From the NCBI GenBank assembly GCA_976226885.1, contig OZ320313.1, positions 1,736,001 through 1,799,798 of the forward strand: a stretch of 63,798 nucleotides of DNA, in the 5' to 3' direction. Positions 28,201-43,200 of the stretch are shown here, in pieces. This DNA is from Iphione sp. A-MEVVRFRX5 (Eukaryota). Under the pieces are notes generated by a model. That model saw only the letters and a list, made by a program, of their open reading frames with translations, had not been told where the DNA came from and ran no database searches. Every line of letters begins with the position of its first letter. Positions within the stretch are counted from its first letter, which is position 1. Made by a program: the position numbers and the translations under genes.

Positions 28201-31200
28201 CGGCTATAAGTCTCCTCAGTTTGATCTCCTCCACGTCTGGCCCTCCGCTACCCATGCATGCTCACGTGTATGCACTAACCGGGCAGTCAGAGGATCAAGC
28301 GGCCCACTGTTCGTCAATCCGCACCTAAAATCTGGAAATACCCCGCCATCCTCCCTCATTCTCCGCGTCATTCTTGGCAAATATTTTCCCAGGGTAAATG
28401 GCCAACGATTTGAAACGTGTGTGCGCATGCGCATCGGCCGCTTCCGGATACGCCGGCGGGGTAGCAGCTCAGCCCGCCCGCTCGCCAGGGGGAGCGGTGA
28501 TTGCCTGCGCGAGCAGCACAATAACTCGCTCACATCTGGACGTATGCGTAAGCATACACTCTCCCGTCGGTGTTGAATATCCCCCCCCCTCCCCCTACCG
28601 TGCTGGCTGCCTTTTTCATTGCCGACTTTTCAACTTCTTCATCAGACTGCCTCTCGCTGCCTTGTAGTCCGCTCCCCAACTGAAGGTAATTAATCAAAGT
28701 GCGGGCCCGCATCTGCGGTGGCTTCATTTGTTTTTGCGGAAAGTTTTCTTGGTATTTCAAATTTTTTCCCTTCGTTTATTTGTTGCCTTTCAGAAAAAAA
28801 ACCAGCCCTGCATCTCCTCCTCGTGCCGCGAGGCGGGGGCCCAATCATTCAGACGCCATCTTAATTTGTCTCATTCTCCAAGTAACAAAAGTCAAGAAGC
28901 AAACGGTAGTTTGACTGATCACATGTCTTCATCAACGAGCTACTGGCCGAGGCACGCGTGGAGCACAGAGGGAAGGGGGCAGCCGCAAGGAGGGCCATTG
29001 ACACGTAAACACAGAGTAAAGGATAGCTCGTAACACTCAAATAACTCACCGTTTCTACATTGTAAGAAACCATTATTCACAGCTCTATACATCATGCTTA
29101 GTTAACATTAGAAGTGGAGATGTTATGAATTGACAATGTAAAGAGAGTCGACTTACACGTAAACACAGGATAAAGGAGTAGCTTGTAACACTAAAATAAC
29201 TCACCATTTCCACATTGTAACAAACCATTATTCACAGCTCTGACAGTTCTATATGTCATGCTTAGTTAACATTAGAGGCAGAGATATTATGAATAGACAG
29301 TGCATAGAGAGTCGACTAACATGTAAACACAGAAAAAAGGAGTAGCTCATAACACTCAAATAACTCACCATTACCACATCATAACACACCATTACTCAGA
29401 AGTCTGACAACTCTATAGGTCATGCTTATTAAATATTAGGGACAGTGATGTTTTAAATAGACAGTGTATAGAGAGTCGGCTGACATGTAAACACAGAATA
29501 AAGGAGTAGCTCATAACACTCAAATAACTCACCATTTCCACTTTGTAACAAACCAATATTCACAGCTCTAAATGTCATGCTTAGTTAACATTAGAGGCAG
29601 AGATGTTATAAATTGACAGTGTAAAGAGAGTCAACTAACACATAAACACAGAATAAAGGAGTAGCTCATAACACTCAAATAACACCATTTCTACATCATA
29701 ACACACCATTACTCAAAGGTCTGACAACTCTATAGGTCATGCTTAGTAAACATTAGAGGCAGAGATGTTATAACTAGACAGTGTATAGAGAATCGACTAA
29801 CACGTAAACACAGAATAAGAGAGTAGCTCATACACCAGAAATAACATAGACAGTATATTTAACACTGGGGGTAAACATATACTGCCCATATAATCTTAAC
29901 ATATTCAGCAGGTATTTCTTGTGTTGAAAGGTCGAGGTATAAAGCAGGCATCAGAGATTAGGAGTCACATTTCTGCAGGTCTTTATAAAGTTACGATACT
30001 TATATATACAGAGATGTTACTGCAGTTGAGTGTCGCCCGCTCACAAGAAGCCGCAGGAATATGAATGAGGACAAACGACTTGCATTATTTACGAAGGTAC
30101 CGTGCAAGATATGAGAAGGGCCCATCGCTGTACGTACAGAAGGCAAGCAGTGGAGTTAAGTATTGATGAGGGCCCAGGATAGACAGGCGCAGGTCTGTAG
30201 GTCACCAGGTCACACACACAGAAGATGAGAGAACTAGGCCATCAGTCTCACCCCATGTTCCTGACTGCTTGACCTTTCAAGGTCAACGCGAAGGTCATGG
30301 CCAATTTGCTCCAGGGCGGATGGTGTTTTTTTGCCGCTTTTCAGGCACTAAGAGCTACTCGAGTTGTCCACGTGACCAATCAAGTCCAGGTCGACACCAT
30401 GTTGGATAATCCACAGCACGCGTGCGCAGTGGGGCAGAAGGCCCTGGCGACGACCTTTGAGGGGCGGGTGAAGGTCAGGGTCAATCATCTCCTGGTCCCC
30501 ATGCCACTAGGCCGCGACAGGGCGCCAGATGGGACGCTCCTAGCTTATCTGGACGTAGGCTGGTTGTAGGCGGCGCCAGTGTAGCGGGCAAAGCTTTGAT
30601 GAGGTCCCGGCTTTAGTGGACATCACGCAAGTCACCAGCTTGGACACCTCGTCTGTGCATGCGCGGAAGGACACGGAAGTGGGCAGCTCATCCGGTATTC
30701 GGCGGCGGCCGGTTGGGTAATCCGGGAGAAGATTGGCCGTGAATGAGGGTCTTGTCCTCTGAATACTGTATGCGGATCAGCCCGGCCCCGGGATTATGGC
30801 TATGCGTAAGGATTATGACTAGACCAGGGGGTTGTCCATCCATCTGCCTGGAGCTGCTCCAGCCAACCACTACGAGCAGCTCGGCGGCCATTGGACGGCG
30901 CCATCTTTTACGTCCCTGTCGGCTCACGGTGAAAGTAGACGCATTAAAGTGGAGATTCCTTTCACATTGCCTTCAACTAATGCTCCAGTAAAGCCCTGGT
31001 TTCTCTCGTTATACCGGTCATAACCAGAGGCTGGACCTCGGGAGGGGTATTAGTTACCTAAATAATTCCGTACCTCCCCCCTTTCTCCCCCTGTCTATCA
31101 AGGGGGAAGTAATAACGTTAATTCGCTATAATCCTCACCCTAACGTCTTAATCATCTGCGAACATCGTAAACCTTGTTACTTGTCTAAAAACACTATTTC

Positions 31201-34200
31201 CAAAACACCCTTTTGCCTCGAGGTATCTTTCTTTTCAGATCGACTCCCTATCGTGAAAAAGGGAGCGGGGGTTGTTTGGAAAAGGGGGTTTTATAGTGAT
31301 TTGTCACCATAGCTACCACAGCTATACCCCGTGTCCTCAGGCTATATGGACATATTCCCTCTATCTTTATTATACGCGTCTGTGTATGCTGGCAGTAACT
31401 ACACGTTTACCGAGGAAGCGAGGCGAGATTACAGTGTGTCAAAAAAAACTAAATATTTTCTTTTCCTTTGACATCGACTCGTTCTTCGACGCAAACACTG
31501 GGTCGACCAATCTAAAGGTGACTCATCCTTTGCCCCCTGACTACCGCCCGGAGTGACAGAAGGAACCATCAACCTCTCCCCCAAAAAATCACGTGAGTGT
31601 TAACACGCGCTCTCCACCAATAGCCGTCCACTGAGCGATAATCCGGTTGGAGTGAAGCCTCTTGGGAAACGACCCGTGTCAAGGAGTGCGTAACCTCCGT
31701 GTAACCCTCGGGTGCGGCAGCGACACCTCGCGGGAAGGCCGCGGTGATCTCACCGCAGCGCGTGATGTCACGAGATGTCACGAGGTTACTGCTGGTGACC
31801 AGCAAGTGTAACAGCCATCTTGATTAAACATGGAGGCTGGAGACGAACCGCAGGGAACCAAGCCCATCAGTTGTGATGGTTGGCGGGGAGGGGGTTGGGT
31901 GGGAGGGAGTTGGGTGGGAAGGGGTTAGGTGGGAGGGGGGAGATCAGCTTTCATTCAAATGGGGCTTCAGTCGAGCCACCCTGACCCCGTCTAGACTTGA
32001 TGTAACTCCTTTATTCGGTCAGGTATGGGCCGCCATGTTTCACCGTGAGAATTTATCTCGCTCTTCATGTAGTTCAACGTCTCGCCCTCCAATTGCCATT
32101 TGTCTCTTAAAATTTTATAAGCCGCTTGAATCCTGATATACAGCTCTCTGTGAGCGAGCTGAATACGGGATCAAGAGAGAGGCCCCCCCCCGCCCTTCTC
32201 CCTCTCCTGCAGGGCTGGCCTACACTCACACATGAGGGATTGTTTCAGGAGGGCCAGCCTCGGCTTGGCAAGGCGCTCTTTGAACCCTTGGCCTCTCAAT
32301 AACCTCAGAGCCAAGAGGCCAAAAACGTAATCTCGCGTTAATATCCCTGCGGCGGCCGCGGCGGCGACGGCGACGGGCGGGCGGGCGGGCGGGCGGGCGG
32401 GCGGGCGGGAGGCCCAAACCATCTATCATAACTCGAATTAAAGGGCGCGCAGTAAAATAGTACGATTGAACCGCAATTCTCCCCCCCCCCAACCCAACGC
32501 ATCGCAATGGCGGACTGGTATTTTGATGACCATATTGACATGAATCATAATCAATGGTCGATGTAGGACAAATCGGGGGAAAGAACCGCGGCCCAGCCCT
32601 GTGGTTATCTGGGCGGGTAGAGAGAGGAGGAGGGAGAGAGGCAAAGGGGCACCCTCATCCTCTATGCATTGAAGGCCTGAGTGTGATGAAACATCACTTT
32701 GGTTCGAAGGGAACATTTCATTCACGGAGGAGGGGACCAGGAGGAGGAGGAGGGAGGAGAGACCAGGAGGAGGAGGAGGAGGTGGGCCGATAGCCTATCC
32801 AGCATGCAAATACTGCTCTCGGCACCGCATGCAAATATGGAAGCCACACACAGGCCCAGGATGTATGTGTTTAGTGGTAAGGCTTGAGATGGGTATCCAC
32901 CCTGGAGTGGGGAGAGGTATATAGGGATCTATGGGCCCGTGTGGTGCTTGTAGAGGCAAAATAGCGATGGCCCGATACCAACGGGTCTGCGCATGCGCCG
33001 CTGAAAATATGTACACACGGGAAGAAGGGACTGATGGGAATCATAGCCCTTCGATTCCAAATAGCACTGATAAATGGAGATGTTTTCTGAATTGATGAAG
33101 AAACAAGTAACAGAAAGATTGCTACCGTGTTATAATGTTTGAATCTGTGCCATTATAAATAAGGGTACATCTGCAGAGGAACCATTTATGAAATGACTCA
33201 TACTTTATTTCTTTGCACAATAAGTTGAAGGATTATTCTTAGCACAGGTGAGCAGATATGGGAATTTGTACAGGTGAGGAGATAGGAACATTTGTACAGG
33301 TGAGGAGATAGGAACATTTGTACAGGTGAGGAGATAGAAGCATTTAGACAGGTGAGCAGATAGGAGTATTTGTACAGGTGAGCAGATATGAGCATTTGTA
33401 TAGGTGAGGAGATAGGAGCATTTGTTTGCTATGATCCATGACTACAAGTGGATAGAGACCAGGAATGGCATGTGTTACATCCTGCTGTCATATATCACGA
33501 GGTCATTACTATTACGAGGTGTAATTAGACGAGCAGTAATTCTATCAGTTCTCTATTGCTATATAACATAGATTATAACTTATGAACTGTTACATTCATT
33601 TGGATTAAAAGGTTATTATATAGACTAGTGTAAATGGACAAGTGATGAAATGTATGATGTTTTACTGTGGATACCATTATAGGGATATTTACAGGTATAG
33701 TGTGGCTTATTAGTGAGATACGTTCCAATCATTAGATCAAAGGGACATTATAAAAGACAGATAAAACTGGACATGCGATGAAATGCGTGATGTTATATTG
33801 CTTTATGTTTACCTCCAGGTAGAGAAGAGGCCCATTAGTGAGATATGTTACAATCATTGGATCGAAATGTCATTATAAAAGACAAATATAAGTTCTAGAC
33901 ATGTGATGAAATATGTGATTTTATATCACTTTACGTTTACCTCCAGGTAGAGATCGAGGGCCCATTAGTGAGATAAGTAACAATCATTGGATTGAAATGT
34001 CATTATGAAAGACAAATATAACTGGACATGTGATCAAATACATGATGTTATATCGCTTTACGTTTACCTCCAGGTAGAAAGAGGGACCCATTAGTGAGAT
34101 ATATTACAATCTTTAGATCGAAGGGACATTATAAAAGACAGATATAAGTCCTGACCATGTGATGAAATATGTGATGTTATATCTCTTTACATTAACCTCT

Positions 34201-37200
34201 AGGTAGAGAGAGGGACGCATTAGTGAGATATGGTACAATCATTAGATCAAAGGGACATTATAAAAAACAAATATAACTGGACATGTGGTGAAATATGCGA
34301 TGTTATACCGCTTTACATTTACCTCAAAGTAGAGAGGGGCCCATTAGTGAGATACGTTACAATCATTGGATCAAAATGTCATTATAAAAGACAGATATAA
34401 TTCCTGGACATGTGATGAAATTTGTGATGTTATATCGCTTTATGTTTACCTCCAGGTAGAGATCGAGGGGCCCATTAGTGAGATATATTACAATCTTTTG
34501 ATCGAAGGGACATTATAAAAGACAGATATAACTGGACATGTGATGAAATACACAATGTTATATCGCTTTATGTTTACCTCCAAGTAGAGGGGGGGGGCCC
34601 ATTAGTGAGAGGAGCGAATATGTCCGACTGCCCTCGACGCCTAGATCCGGACCAGCAGGCCCTGAGCAGGTTGTTGAAGGACAGGCGGGTAGAAGACGGA
34701 TGGAGGCTGGGTCGGTTAGGTCAGCTGGAAGAGCCTGGCCCCTTCTGAAGGATTTATTCCACTGACAGAGCGTGCTAAACAAGAGGACGCCCTGCCAGCC
34801 TCCCAGTCCGGGACCCGATTTGACGCGCAGATCAAAGCGGATCTAAAAGGTCTCACCCTATTTAGACCTAGTGTCCAGAAATCAATGGTGAAGGGCTCCC
34901 CCCTTCTCTCCCCCCTCCATCCCCGTCCTCCCTCCCCCCTTCCCCCTCTGGGACTTTGCCTCCGTAAAGGCCAGACGCCTCCTAGCGGCACTTAACTTTC
35001 TAATCCTGCCTGCCCACGGAGGGCCACTTCAAATGTGCACCCTTCTGATGGCATGCGCCTTTGCATTTATAAAGCCACTTAGCCTGGACGTGCGGGAAAT
35101 AAAGACTAAAAAGTCGGCTTTATAAGAGAGCCTGGGCGCAAACTCCGCCTTAAGATGGTTGTAAACTGCCTCTTCCAACCTTTGTGAGGCCAACATTGTT
35201 TTTTTAAAACTCTCCTACAAGGTTAAAATGGCGCGAAGTGGATGAAGCTGGTATGTCGCTTTATGTCTGGGGCTGAAAAATTTTCCTCTAAACTGCATTG
35301 CTTTGTAAACCGTCTTATTGTTGATGATGGTTTCCGAGTGCTCGGAGCGCCACCGTGTGTTAGCAATGAATACTATCTCATCCGAATGTCATTTCAAGTT
35401 GTCTGTGTGTGTTTTTTTTTTCTGACTAGCTCAGCGATGATAAAGTATACCTATTTCCATACACTCAGGGCGAACCTGATTGAGATGGTTCAGGAAAGGC
35501 GGGAGGGGGGAGGGGGGAGGGGGGTTCCATGGGATAAAACGCCACCGCCGCCCCTCTTATATGCGCCCTGATTAGACTATTAAAACTGTATGTTCCTCGT
35601 CATGCAATTTGTCCGCCATTTTATGGGGGAGCAGGACGGCTGCGGTGGCCTTAACGGTGTAGCTCCTACCGACTCTTTAATTTCATTTTTTGGGTCATGC
35701 AATTATGGAAGTAGCGGAACAAAGCCTCCTTACATTCTGTGGGAGAGGCTTCTTCTGGAGGCCTTTAATCATACTTTGCGTGTTTTTTTTTCCACTGTAT
35801 TGTGTCTGTATACTGTCGAGCTATTTTCAATTTAAATAAGTTACCTTATGTCTTCTTACGTGAGGTTTGAAGTGAGTGGCTTAGCCCCCCCCCCACTCCC
35901 TCCAACTCCCAACACTTCCTCATGCCGTTCCTTCTTCCTACCTCCTGCTCCTTGTTCTCTCCCCTTCTTCCTCCCCTCCTCATCCCATACAGTCCTCCTT
36001 TTCTCTTCTCTCTTGCACTCCTCCTGCTTCTCCACTTCTCCTCTTGCCTGTCCTCCGCTTCTTTCTCATACTATTTCTCCTTTATCCCTGCCTTTATCTT
36101 CTGCCTCTCCCACTTTTCTATCTTCAACTCCTATGTTGGCTCGTGTGCCTCCATCACTTATTCCTTTNNNNNNNNNNNNNNNNNNNNNNNNNNNNNNNNN
36201 NNNNNNNNNNNNNNNNNNNNNNNNNNNNNNNNNNNNNNNNNNNNNNNNNNNNNNNNNNNNNNNNNNNNNNNNNNNNNNNNNNNNNNNNNNNNNNNNNNNN
36301 NNNNNNNNNNNNNNNNNNNNNNNNNNNNNNNNNNNNNACTACTCTCCTCTTTCTCCCCTCCTGCTCCTCTCTCTTTCTCTCTTCCTGATGCTCCTCCCTA
36401 TCCTATTTTTCTCTTTCTTCCTTCTCTCCATCCTATCTTCCTCCTGCCCATGGTCCTCCTTCTACTCTCTCTCCTACCCTCTCTTTCCTCCTCCTCTTTC
36501 TCCTCCTCCTCTTCCCTGTCCTATCCTTCTCCTCCTCCTTCTTCTCCCCTCCTCCTTCCACCTTCTCTTACTCCTCCTCCTCCTCCTCCTCCTCCTCCTC
36601 CCCTCTCCTCTTCTTCTCCTCCTTCTGCTCCTCATCCCTCCTCTGTTTCACTCTCTTCCTCTTGCCGATGTTCCTCCTCCTCCTGCCTCCTCCTCTACGT
36701 CGTTCCTCCACCTTCCCTATGACCTTCTGGATATGTCCCGAGTGTGCTGCTAACTCTACCATCCTCTTATCAGGTGATGTTGGAAACTCTCTGGTCTTTA
36801 TGAGAAGATGTTCCTGAACTTAAGTTTATAGCCCGGTCGCCTAATTAGACCCTTTGAAGCCTCTAAGCCGCATCCATTGATGAAGGTACTTCTTCCGGCC
36901 AACTTTCACAAACGCAGAAGAGTAATTAAAAACTTTGTTCTAGCAGTAGTTGTCGTAGTATTAGTCGAGGGAGATTAAAAGCTACGACCCCAGCGCCGCC
37001 TGGTGACTACCATGCGGTGAGGCTTGTCCGGGTGGGGGCGCCTCGGACTGAATGGCTTCGCCCTGAGTGAGGTGTCCGGGACCTGATAATCACAGCATCG
37101 CACCCGGCAAGCAGATTGCTTTCTTAAAATAGGATCGCGGTCTGTGAGAGTCAGCAAGTAATGAATAGGACCACGGCAGGAGGACAATGGAACAGTGGTA

Positions 37201-40200
37201 GGTTACACCTAGCGCCATCTAGGAACAAAGCGGTCCTCTTAACACTCTAATATAATCTCAATCCTATCGAAAAACAAGAATTCTCATCCGTTCACCCCGT
37301 CCTTTAAGCAGTGCCCCTGTTTACATGCTCTACCGATAGAGGGCAGGTTTCCAGTAATATTTACCAGTGAAGCCCTGAACCCCCTCCCCCCCTCCTTGAC
37401 TCCCCCCACCCCCCGTCCGGTCTGAGACCAGCCACTTAAACCAGTCTGACCCCGCTGTCACAGTTCAGGCGTTACCAAGAACCACTCTTCCCCCAAATAT
37501 CGCTCACGGCTAACCGCACCCTCTAGTGGGCCCTTTTCCAACTATTTTCACCATGACTTCAACATAACGACCAATCAGGACGGAGGAGTCAATCGATAAG
37601 AACGCGCCCATCTAAAATTACAGCCCCCCTCCGATCGATAGTTGAGTTCGTTCACGTTTGGGGGCGCTGTTTGTCACGCTGACTGTCGTTGACGACGGCG
37701 GTGCTTGTGATTTAAACTACCTGAACTCAAGTCGGTATATGAGGCCACTTTCACATCACCAAGCACCAATAGGAGGCCACTTCTGCCGCTATTACACACG
37801 TCTCGGGAACAGGACCTTTTTATAGCGTGGTGGGAGATCCTAACGCCACGAGAAGCAGTATAATTAGGGATTCCATGTTACTTGCTTTAGCAATGGCTGG
37901 CTTTCAAGTGATAGGGGGGGGGGATGTGAAGTGATTACAAAGTTAGGAGAAGTGCTGATAGCTATTGGCTGGTTGACAGGCTACACAGGAGAACTTTACA
38001 GAGAGAAAAACAGACTGAATTGTGTGCGTTTTTATCAGACGGGCCCCTCTTAGAGAAGGCAGCTTTAGGAAATGAACAACTTCACAGGGCTTCCGTGCTG
38101 GGGGAGTTCAGGACATGGAAGTTTCGGTTTCGTTCTGTTTTCGTGAAGAAATACATATCGCAGATGTCTGACGAGATGTAGTATAGTTCAGTTTAGCCGA
38201 TGTTTGACTTCCTATTCGTTCCGATTTTATAGGCGTTATAGGCGTTATGTATCGGATGCTCCAGTATTACAACATTAACAGAAGGTGAATATCGAAGAAA
38301 TGAGCCAAACGATTTCGACAGTTTTTTTACTCACGTTCGACTCTCCTCCCCCCCCCCGCTGGCGGTTATTTTGCTTACTTTAGTCTGGAAAAAGGAATTT
38401 TTGCAAGAAATGCAGCACTCGCAGCACCATCGCAAAAGAGTGACAAGAAACAAACGAATGTACTGTACAAAAAGATGTGTTTAGTAGAATTCATACCGGT
38501 ACCAGCACTATGACTGAAGTTAGGTTGTGTGCACGTACTTCACTGATGTATCCAATAGGTTTAGAGGTTTTCATTGACTTTCAGTCTACTGAATAGCTCG
38601 AAATGCACTTCAGATGACTAGAGGCTCCTTATTTACATGCAGTTTACTGGTGTATTATCTAATCGATGATTTTGTCATCTAAAGAAACTGTTTCTTAGAG
38701 AAAGGTTGAAACGTTTAAACCTGTTATAGCCGCTTAGGTGTTCTCTGTACTCTGTGTGAAATTATAGATTGTGAAGTAGAGAGGAGGTTCTGCAGTATAA
38801 TGCGTAGTTTTAACTTAAGCACTAGACCTGTGCTCATTGCTAAGGGATGCCCGGTATGTTCAGTTAAATACGTACGTTTTCCATTGAGTTTCCCTAGTTT
38901 CAATTAAACTGGTTTATAATCTATACACGCAGCCTAACACTGGACGCTTACAGTGTAGGCAATTTCCTACGATGATAACTCGGTAAATACAAGATTTCCA
39001 CCGTTAAGCTGGGCAAGGACTACTTTGGGGTGTTGTTTTTCATAGGTAATGTAAATAATACTTCCGGTGGATATGATGCCCCAAAGAGCGCCCTCTGCGG
39101 GTCATCTTTGTTATGCATTGCTCCCTGCATGCGAATTCATCCACTACTACCATCACCAGCCTATCCACCACAGGGTGTTGTTTCCAATCTCCGATCACAG
39201 TCAATCTCCATCAGAAGCCCATGGCTCTTTCCCAGGGATGGTCAGAAGTCAGGTTGTGTTGATGGCGGCAGTGGGAGATGGAGTGGGAAGCACCCTAAGA
39301 GGCACCTTGGGCGGCGGCCTCCGAAAAAAAGAGCGAAGCACTATCGAGTATCCGCTCTTTGTCTTCATCGCTGGGTTGTGACTCCTACCCTACCTCTCCC
39401 CCTCCCATCCACCCTGTAGTGGGGGGGGGGGGTATAGGAGTGCGTGGGTTGAAGGGGGTATGTTACCCAGACAACTCATCTATGCAGAGACAACCTACAC
39501 ACCTACTGACCCCGGACGTTACAAGATACCCATCACGTGATCCAATCGTTTGCTTCCCATTGGTCGCTGCAGGATTTCTTCCAATCTCCCGCGCGCTCGT
39601 TGCCTGACTTCCGGTAATCGGCCTTCAGCGCATGCGTAGTTGAACCTTAGAGTCTTTTTTTATTGCAGATTTCAGAGAACGCTTGTCAGGATTTCGTAAT
39701 AACGACTTCGGCGCTTTCGATGGTGCAACTCACAAATGAATATTCTCTTTCCTCTACAGGATATATGCAAATCTCTGGTGAGAAACCAAACATTTAAATG
39801 AAACCACTGCACTGCTATGAATTAGGGTGGAGGTGTGTGTGCATGTGTGCGTGCAGGTGTGTGTGTGGTGTAGACGAAAACCACGTATTTTCTCAGTCCG
39901 TCTGAGATGATATCCAAATCATCATAGTAACAATCATAATTAAACTTGCTTCGAACAATCGATATATTTTGCCACACCGAAATCTTGGCCATGAGAATAT
40001 GGATGCTCATTATGCAGCCAGGCGAAAAGTCAAAGTTACTCCAACACACAAAAAAATGGCGTCCGACAATCGAGTCATTTTAAAGAGTGAGAAGGATGGA
40101 GAGCTCCGGTAGTTGTGGTTCCGTTCGCAAAGGTGCGTCGACCTTTCCCTTCATTGGAATCATGTACCACACCAACAACAGTAGCAGCAGCAGCGCCAGC

Positions 40201-43200
40201 AGCAGCAGGGGCTGAGAAGACACAGTCTAGTAGTACATGTCCATACATTCTTCATGCTCCCACTATTTCTGTACAGTTCCCCATCTTACAGGGGTATATA
40301 CTATTGATGTATGTCTATGTATGGAGAATGGCAACCTCTCAGCTTACATCAGTTCCTGATTATGTATGTATATATTTAATGGAAAGCCAAATGGGATTTG
40401 TTCTTCCCCCACAGTGTTCCTCTAAGAGACATGTCCCTATTGGAGATATGCCCCTATGAGACTGTAAACCTATAGAATGTGCTCTCTCTGTTATCATAAT
40501 ACATACTCCTAGTGTATGTCTATCGCTGGAGTATGAGAACCTATCAGGTAACATTATTTCATAAATGTATAAATAGCTGTCCTCAAGGTTCCCCCAACAA
40601 TAACTGAGATTATATTAATAACCTGATACGAATAACATTATAACCGTGATGTATAGGAGAGAAGGTAACCATCTGGTGTGTTTCCCTGACCCCAGGTGTC
40701 ATGGCAACTAGCTAGCTGTTTCAACCATCCCCCAACGATAACTGAGATGATATTAATAACATGATACTAAAAACATAACAACTATGATGTATAGGAGAGG
40801 AGGTAATCATCATACCAGTTTCCATGACCCCGCATGTCATGGCAACCAGCTAGCGTTCCCCCAACGATTACTGAGAAGATATGTAAATGTATTATATATA
40901 GCAAGTCCCAACCTCGCTACTTGCGTGTATAATTTAAGATAGATATATTTACCGGTGTATATGAATACATGTACAGATGAACTTTATGATGCAGTAAGCT
41001 CAGATAGGCAGTCAACAGGTGATGTTGGTCGAATCAGCGTAGAACAAGCCATTTCCCCAAGTAAGCGTACAAGTGAAACCATAAGGCATACTAGTATATG
41101 AGAATTATGGCCACCTCAGCTTGTGGTTGCTTTATATCACAGACAATAATACTACACCCCATTGACAATACGGTCGAACAGAGCCTATTCAAAGCAAAAT
41201 CACTATTAAACCGACAGTGTACAGAGCATCAGGTGACAGTGCCTCAATGACTTCAGTCAGCAAACCTCTTACGTAATGCTTTTAAGGCTAATGGTCTCCC
41301 CAGAGACCGTGTAAATAACACTGCACATTACCGGGGCGTTAACTCTAGAGTTTGAAAATGATCAAAACTATTGTGAACAGGATATTTCTGTCTTCGAATG
41401 GTAGGTGACTGTACTTTTAACAATCTGCTATATATAGGGGAACCCTTATACAGTGGAAACCCTCTACAAATGACACCCTCTATAAAGGACACCTGACATT
41501 ATGTACAGGCTGGAAACAGAACCAAATCTATCATATTTAAATACCCCTGCAGGAAAGGACATCCCTCTTTATGGACATTTTTGGTCAGTCCCTTTGCTGT
41601 CCATAGTAGACTTTATATACAGTAGAATGCCTATTTGCGACTACTGCTTGGTTCACAGCTCAAGTGGTCACATTGGTCATTTTGGTTGCATAGTTAATAT
41701 AAAAATGAAGACTTCGACTCCAAGCTGAGGTTGTCATATCAGTGGTAATAGTCGCAATGTGGTATGGACGCAACAAATATCTGACTGTATAAAGTGTGCA
41801 TAAGAATTCTAGTTTGGGCTCACATTTTATTTCTTGCCTTTGCAAGCTTGACATTCTAAAATCGGTGTTGTAAGAGGTGCCTTCATTTTTCATCTATATG
41901 CATTCTCTGCTTATGCTGATGCATAAACAAGGAATCACATCTTTAAATATGGCACACTTTATATGATCATCAAGTGCATGTGGGATTTGTACATGGGTTC
42001 ACTTTCATCTTCGTACTGTTTGGTCTTGTAAGAGGTGCCTTCATTTTTCATCTTGGTGTGCTCTCCACTGATGGTTCGGGAGATCCTCCATAGAAGATGC
42101 ATAAACAAGGAATCATCTATAAATATGGCACACTCTGTATGATCATCAAATGCATGTGGGATTTGTTCACGGGTTCTCTTTATCTTCGTGCTGTTTTTTT
42201 CTAATTTCTATTATCCATTAGTCTCTGCTTTACCGTTATTTTTCACTTCACCATGTTTTACTATCTTCCATTAGGAGCTTCTCGTCAAAGGGTTGTATAA
42301 AAGAAAAGACCCAAAATTATATCAACATGAACCATCCTGTATGACAGCAGAGCTCTTGTGGGATTTCCATTTGGCATTTCCTTCCTTCTTCTCATTGCTG
42401 CAAGAGATCTGAATTTCAAGTATTCCTTCTTTCCAGAGTCGCTGTTATATTTCACGTGAAGTTGCCTTCCCCCTCGATGATTCCTGAGCCATTCGTAAGA
42501 ATACGCTGGAGATCCATATATAAACATGAAACATTATATGTATGAGTACAGAGTGTGTGTCTGGGAAATTTACATGTACTTGAAATAACATTAGATTTGC
42601 TTTCTTCTCCCTGCTGCTAGGAGTACGAATTTCCCCTCTTCCTTCCACTCCGCAGTACATGTAATTTTTCATCGCGAGCTGTTCTCTGCCCCCACCCCTC
42701 CCTCGCCACCCCTCGTCGACGTTTCGCCTACCCCCCCCCCCTCCCCCTACTCGTGCGAGTTCTGTCCTCTTCACATCCCCGGCCAATAAGACGGGAATAT
42801 TTGGGCGCCAGTCGGCGAGGTGCTCACGTGATTCATGAAGTGTTCCTGGTGTTTACAAGAGCTGCTCATTATTACAGTCCGATGAGAAGCTCCAAGCCGG
42901 CCCTGAGGCCCTCCCTCGCTGTCAGTTCCTCTAATATCATATGCATATTGGCCCGCGCGCTGTGCCGCCGCCGCCGCCGCCGCCACCGCCAGGGCCGCCC
43001 CACCTCTCTCTCTCACACAGGCTTCCCTATACCTCCACGATCTTAACACTACACTCCGATGCATACTTCTCCTTCTTGTCCTCCTTCTCTCAGTCGCCGG
43101 TGGACAAGGCATGGAGTACATTACACCTGACGCTGCCTAGATTACCCCTCTCAGCTCACACACCCCCTTATCAATAGTCATAGAGGCGCCCGGCGCGCAA

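Noticed and set aside
30592-30603. GCTTTGATGAG resembling the miR-2 3' end
   Set aside because: The seed TATCACAG is absent and there is no hairpin.
35848-36762. 301/266-aa low-complexity ORFs
   Set aside because: CT-rich microsatellite tract plus gap.
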